DNA of 64,000 nucleotides, taken from contig CP154954.1 of the NCBI GenBank assembly GCA_039621445.1, positions 43,336,632 to 43,400,631 of the forward strand, written 5' to 3'. Positions 48,815 to 64,000 of the stretch are shown here, piece by piece. A program made the position numbers and the translations under genes. Numbering within the stretch: position 1 is the stretch's first letter; the number at the start of each line of letters is the position of its first letter. The notes under the pieces were generated by a model. It was not told where the DNA came from and did not search any database. It saw only the letters and a list, made by a program, of their open reading frames with translations. The stretch is from Euglena gracilis (taxonomy: Eukaryota).

Positions 48815-50290
48815 ATGGATGACTTCCAGCAGCCGGAGGAGACCACCATCCAGCCCGAGGAGGTGAACGTCATCGTGAAGGATGCGGTGGACTCTGTGGT
48901 GGGCGGCAACATGCAGTACGACCACTCCAAGGTGCACGTGTGCGCGGCACGGGGGGCGGGGGGGGGGGCGAGCTGAGCAGGAACCTGCAAACCTTGTAGG
49001 TGAGTGGCACCACCCCCACCCCATCCTGGTGGGTGGGTTGGGGTCGATCACCCTCCACCAGGCTTTCCTGTGCACCCTTGGGCGGGCGTCCATTTTTGTT
49101 CCCATTCCTTCCTGGCAAGCCCCTTGCACTTTTCATTTTTACCCCTACAATATGGTATGCTTTGCTGGAAGGTATGCAGCAAGAAGCTCGCAGGACCCTT
49201 TAGATGACAGGAACACAGCGAAATAACACCAAAAAGTTCGGGGCATCACCATACCCAACTGACTGACTGCTTTTGTTTTCTTCGCCGCACATCTCTTTAT
49301 CCCCGGGTAAAGTGGTAGTGGTAGTTCGTGCAAAATGAAGGTGAGGTTTTGGGGGGTATCAGGATTGGGTAGAATTTTCATCTTCTGTAACCCCGTCGCC
49401 AAGCGCCGAAATTTCCCGGCTTTTTTCCCTGTGCGGTTCGTCATTACCAAAGTGACCCTGAATACCCCAAAGGGAGGTAACAAAAGTGAGTAAACCCCTC
49501 CAAATAACCTGGCGGGGCCATTGCTCCTGGCACTAGCCGAATAACTTGGCGGGGGGGGGGGGGCAAAAAGATGGTTCCAGTAACTTTGCACCCCCTTTTT
49601 AAGCAAATTCTTTTACGGAGCTGAAAAAAGGGCCCAAGTAACCTGGCGGGGAGGGGCAGGGCCAAAAGTTGGTTCCAATAACCTGGACCCCCGCGGGGTT
49701 ATTGGGGGGGGGGGGGGTAACTGGCTTTTGAATAGTCACTGTGTGGGGGTTCGAAAGAAGACAGCAACCCCACGGTTGCGGCTCGAAAACGTCATGAAAG
49801 GAAAAATTTGCCCGGGTCGGTCCCATTCTGCACCCCTCCCACGAGAGCGGGGTACCATGGACCTGCCCGACAGCGGAAGGAGAGGCGCCTCCATTTTGCC
49901 GCCTTAGGTCAGCCACTGGATCAACACCATCGTGGAGACATGCCTGAAGAAGCTCACCGCCCTCAACAAGCCCTTCAAGTTCGTCATCACCTGCATGATC
50001 ATGCGGAAGACCGGTGCGTTGATGGACCTCTCTCTGGCGGTCCCCATGCGCCCTCCTCCTCCCCCCTGTGCCGTAACCCAATATCCACCCCTACCCCCCT
50101 CCCTCAAAAAGCCCCCCCCCACCGTCCAACAGCCACAAGTTCGCAGTGGGGACCCCTCCTCGCAGGCGCGGGGCTGCATTTGGCCTCCTCCTGCCTCTGG
50201 GACATCACGTGCGACAACCTGTACATGCACAAGGAGGAGAGCAACAAGTACCTGTACTGCATCACCACCGTGTACTGGACCGCGCTGTAG
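48815..50290 (+). CDS. DYNLT1: Dynein light chain Tctex-1 family, 115 aa; exons 48815-48931, 49908-50013, 50166-50290
   Basis: Spliced product MDDFQQPEETTIQPEEVNVIVKDAVDSVVGGNMQYDHSK|VSHWINTIVETCLKKLTALNKPFKFVITCMIMRKT|GAGLHLASSCLWDITCDNLYMHKEESNKYLYCITTVYWTAL*. It has Tctex-1 signatures (KPFKF, GAGLH.ASSC.WD) and two in-phase GT-AG introns. DYNLT1 versus DYNLT3 orthology is not resolvable. Confidence 0.93.
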
Positions 50291-52862
50291 GTGTGCCCCA
50301 GGAGGGCGAGGGCAGGGGGGGGGGGGGTGCAAACCATGAGGACCCCAGGAGGTCCAGCTTCCCAGCAGCAGCAGCAGCAGCCACGCTGATGGCTTCCAGC
50401 GTGGCTGCCAACCCTCCGCCGGGCGTCTTTATTTTGAAATAGTTGATAATTGCGTCAAAAAGGATAGTTCCTGGTGTGGAGCGCAAGAAGTTTTTAAGAA
50501 AAGAAATGGTCACAATGGCGCTTTTAGGAGTTCTCATGGTGCAAAAAAAAGAATACAATGGGGGGGAAAGATGCTGCTCTTCCCACCCCAAACTGATTAT
50601 TTAACACAAACATAACTTGGACCCAGGCTTGTGCTTAGTCGGGTGCCTATCCCCCGGGGGGGGGGGGTGCTAGGGGCAGGCACCCCATAGCACCCGATCT
50701 GACCCCCCCCTGGGGGTTAGGGTTTTGGGGGCTGCCTGCCCATAGTAGGCACCCCCCCTCCGACCCCGGCGCCTTGGGCGCCGGGGGTCCGGAAAAGGCC
50801 ATTGTCAATGAAGAATTTCTGGGTCCCCCCCAGACCCCCCACCCACCTCCTCCCCCCCGGTTGGTAAGCACAAGCATGCTTGGACCCACTAAATGGTGCT
50901 ATTTATTTCCGCATAGAAAACTTTCACATTTGGACCATTTTGCATGCATTTTGTTGTGGGGTTGAGTAATTTTTAATTTAAGACTTCATTATATGATGAT
51001 AATTCATAGCAGATGGCGTAAAATTGTTAAATTTTTAGAAAAGACCTCGGGTTTCTTCAAAAAGGAATTTTGGGGATTGAAAAAAAATTTTTGGCTGCAC
51101 TGAAGTTTTACCCTTCAATCATATCCAGAACTTCACTTCTTGGCTGGGATGGGGCAAGGTTTTTTATGTTCAAATTCCAAAATGAATTACATTTTCATCT
51201 TCGTCACGGAGTCTTGACAAACGTTACCAATGTAAAAACCCACCGGATTTCAAGTCCATAATTGTTTTTGCCGAGTGTTCCCATGACACCCTTGGTGCAA
51301 TGGGGGAACACAGAAATCCTTTTTTTTTGTTTTCTTTTGATTTTCCTTGTTTTTTGCAGTGTCTTTTTTAATTATTTGACAGTAAATAAGTAGTATTTGA
51401 AGGATCTTTTCTGTTTTGAGCAAAAAAGTCTTGAATTAGAATTTTTATTTTTGCACTTTGGTCATGTTTATTGCTTTGAAACGTTTTGATGAACGTGGCC
51501 CCCTCCAAAAAAAAGATCTATAAAGTCAAATTTCAGCGCTTTTTGCAGTCTTTTTTTGCTTTTTTTTGCCCTTTCCAAGGGTCCTAAATACCCCCTGCCA
51601 ATTTCAACAATTTCTGCTTGCCCGCTGCCCATGAATACTGGGACTAAACAAATTTTCTGTCTCTCACATACCTCATTGTCAAGTCCATTGGCAATACCAT
51701 TCTAAATATACCCCCTCTTGCCTTGGTGTTTGGCGGTGCCCGTTTCATTCCTTCCATTTGGTCTTCGGTGCAAACCACCCCAAAAAGTGGGTCGCACGTG
51801 GCGAGAGGTGCAAAGGTGAGGGCAGACGATTGGACCGGATTCCATTCCAACCCCCAATTTCGTTTCCGCCACTTCCTGGTGCCCCCTTTGCTTGCAGGTC
51901 AGGCTTCTGGTTTGGGGCTGTGGCCGATCTCACAGCTAGCCCTGCCTCTACACCCGCACTCACCTCCAACCCCTCCCGCTCGCACGCCTCCCTGGCACCG
52001 CTGTGTGTTGCGCACCCGTTCCACTGCCTCATTGTCTGCCCCACTGTCGCACCGAACCACCACCCCCCCCCCCCACTGGCTGCGCTGACGCCGTTTGGCA
52101 CTGCCTTTTTTCCACTTCCACAGCTCTTGGACAAATGACGGGATGTGCATTATGTTCGGGTCTTGAAGTTTGTTGAGGGGGAAGAGAAGCAGTCACCCCA
52201 CCCCGCCCTCCACGAAGGAGCGCCTGGACACAGTTTGTCCCTCTGAAGGGCCATTCAGGGAACAATGCTGCCTTGTGTGCTGTGCGTCGTGCGTTTTTGT
52301 AAGGCAGACATGTCTTCCACCCTCCGTGCCTGTACCTCGCAGCATGGGTCAAGGGCCATGTTTTCACAGGCTCCAGCGCAGAATGCCTCCGGCTCTAACT
52401 ATTTTGTCCCATCACGCCTCACGCCCACCCTCACCCTCACTTCGCCCAATCTTTCGTTTTCCCTGCCGATGATTGTACTCTTAGCAATGAGCATGTCCCA
52501 CCTTCCCACCTGATCAAATGTTGTTTGTGAGTCGCTCATTTGTTTGACACCACATGAAAAATGGCAAATGGAAGGAAACAGTGTATCATTCACACCGATC
52601 CATAATCCACACACCACAATTCCAACTGCCTTCATACACCTGAAAATCATGAATTCTGTGGGGAAATCATCAATGGTTTTTTTTCCTGCTTTTCTGGCAT
52701 TTTAAGATATTTCACTGGAGGGACAACAAAATATCCTGGATCCCAGATTCAGTCTGTATGGTCGGGGAGTCCTAAGAAGTCCACATCTGCAAGGAACGAA
52801 TAAGGCTTGGGCACTGCCACCCAGCCAGCAAACCAGCCACCCGACCTTCTGCTTTTATCCAG

Positions 52863-53389
52863 CAGGGGGGGGGGGGAAATTGATATCCGCAATTTTTCCG
52901 CAATTTCCGCAATTTTCCGCAATTTCCGCAATTTTCCGCAATTTTCCGCAATTTTTCCGCAATTTCCGCAATTTTTCCGCAATTTTTTCCCATTTTTTTT
53001 CCGCAGAATTTTTTTTACATCACATAAGATGGTAGATTCAATGAGTTTAATCTATTCTTCAAATGGATCAATAGTTGTGCTATTGTGTTTTGTTGTTTTT
53101 TCCCCCCAGTTTACCAATTTTTCTCACAGGTGCACCACTGGTTACAGAATTGGGTGCGTCCCACCTGTGCAAAAAACATCAAGCGTGTTGATTTGTGCTC
53201 GCCTGCATCGACGTGGGTGTTGCGGTGTTCTGAACCTCACAATTGAAAAATTTCTAAGTCCCCTCAGACAGAAATGTGTACACCCGATATCAATTTTTCC
53301 GCAATTTTTTCCGCAATTTCCACAATTTTCCCGCAATTTTTCCGCAATTTTTCCGAAGGCCTCCGATATCAATTATTCCCCCCCCCCTG
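52863..53389. mobile_element. Non-autonomous DNA transposon with CAG(G)n..AATTGATATC TIRs, AATTTT(T)CCGC subterminal tandem repeats and a 7-bp TSD (TATCCAG)
   Basis: TATCCAG at 52856-52862 and 53390-53396; inverted termini; a degenerate relative lies at ~63143-63722. Confidence 0.85.
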
Positions 53390-53403
53390 TATCCAGACCG
53401 CCT

Positions 53404-53406
<3 letters not shown>

Positions 53407-53475
<69 letters not shown>

Positions 53476-53490
53476 TTGACAGACAGACAG
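53407..53490. repeat. (AGAC)n microsatellite
   Basis: Directly visible. Confidence 0.95.
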
Positions 53491-54498
53491 ATGTTGACTG
53501 ACAGGCGTTGGCAACACAGAGAGCAAATTTTTGTTCCATGTCAAAGCATTATTGATTTAAAATTTTATTTCGGGTTGTGTTATTAAGTTTCTGGGATTGT
53601 GCAAATTTTTGAATCATGTATATTTTCATGGTTTTCTTTTGTTTGGCCGTTGTAGTACTGCTCAGAGGGTCTTTTCCCAGAGTTTCAAAAGTTTCACAGT
53701 CTATTTTCATAGCACGTTCATTTTTATGAAATGCAAATGCATATGTAAATTTGCATAAAGATTCAAAATAAATTGCAATTTTTGGGGGAAAATTATTTCT
53801 CTGTCAAAATGTCCCAAAAAAAAGTCTAAAATCAGTTTGATCAGTTAAACTCAGTGCATGCAAATGAAGCAATGGGCCTTGCATCCAAGCTTGCATTTCG
53901 CTTTCTTTTCTGCACCGTTTGGTTGGGTTCATTTTTTTTCGTAATTTAGAATTTCAGGGCACTGCATTATTTGTGTTTTTGAGTTTTTGGAAATGAGAAA
54001 TGTGCATCGTTTTTAAACACCCATGAACGTCATGGGTCTTTCCAATCCCCTTTCCATTGAGAACAAGAGCACCAAAGGGTCTCGCGGAGTTTGCCTGGCA
54101 TTTTCCATCTTTGTGCTTTATTCGCATATTCTCGGCCGCCTTGTTGCATCCCTGGCAAAGGGTCCATCTTCAACCGGTGCCGTGCAATGGGACGGGCAAT
54201 GGCACAGACACTCACAGACAATTGCGGATTGCCAGAGAAAACCGATTGGTCAACCATTCGTTCCCCGACCGGCCCCGGCGGCCACCGCAGCTCACGAGCC
54301 CGCCAGCCCCTTCCTTGGTTGCACTGCAGGGGCGGAGTGGGTGTCCTCCCCTCCCCCCCCTCCACCCCCCCCCCCCCCCCCAAGGGCTGCACAGGAACGC
54401 CCGACACCTCATGGGGGTGGGGGGTCCAACCCCCCACCTCTCCTCCAGGTGCCTGCCCACCCCCACATGATGCCGCGGCGCTGAGGTCGGGGCCGGGG

Positions 54499-64000
<9,502 letters not shown>

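Overview
Eukaryotic nuclear DNA, most likely a euglenid (Euglena-like). Short GC-rich exons are separated by both GT/GC-AG introns and nonconventional stem-forming introns, in which intron bases +4..+6 pair with -8..-6 (typically CAG/CTG). The introns are filled with microsatellites and many MITE-like inverted-repeat elements. Main contents: (1) scattered exons of one or more Pro/Ala/Gly-rich protein genes on + (1 to ~40 kb); (2) an 8.2-kb, near-intact two-ORF non-LTR retrotransposon on - (20219-28425; APE-RT-RNase H-CCHC plus a long C-terminal extension). It sits in a (TAG)n-type compound microsatellite with a 23-bp direct repeat and ends in oligo(C) rather than poly(A). Its 5' peptide ends in NRRQHALNGNP exactly at a +1 frame junction into ORF1, and ORF2 ends with a PIP-box-like motif; (3) a complete 3-exon Tctex-1/DYNLT dynein light chain gene (48815-50290); (4) a gene of at least 14 exons (54499 to >64000) that reconstructs as a SAM domain fused to a bacterial-type bestrophin channel domain, with apparently all nonconventional introns. 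All gene models were built by hand without transcript data.
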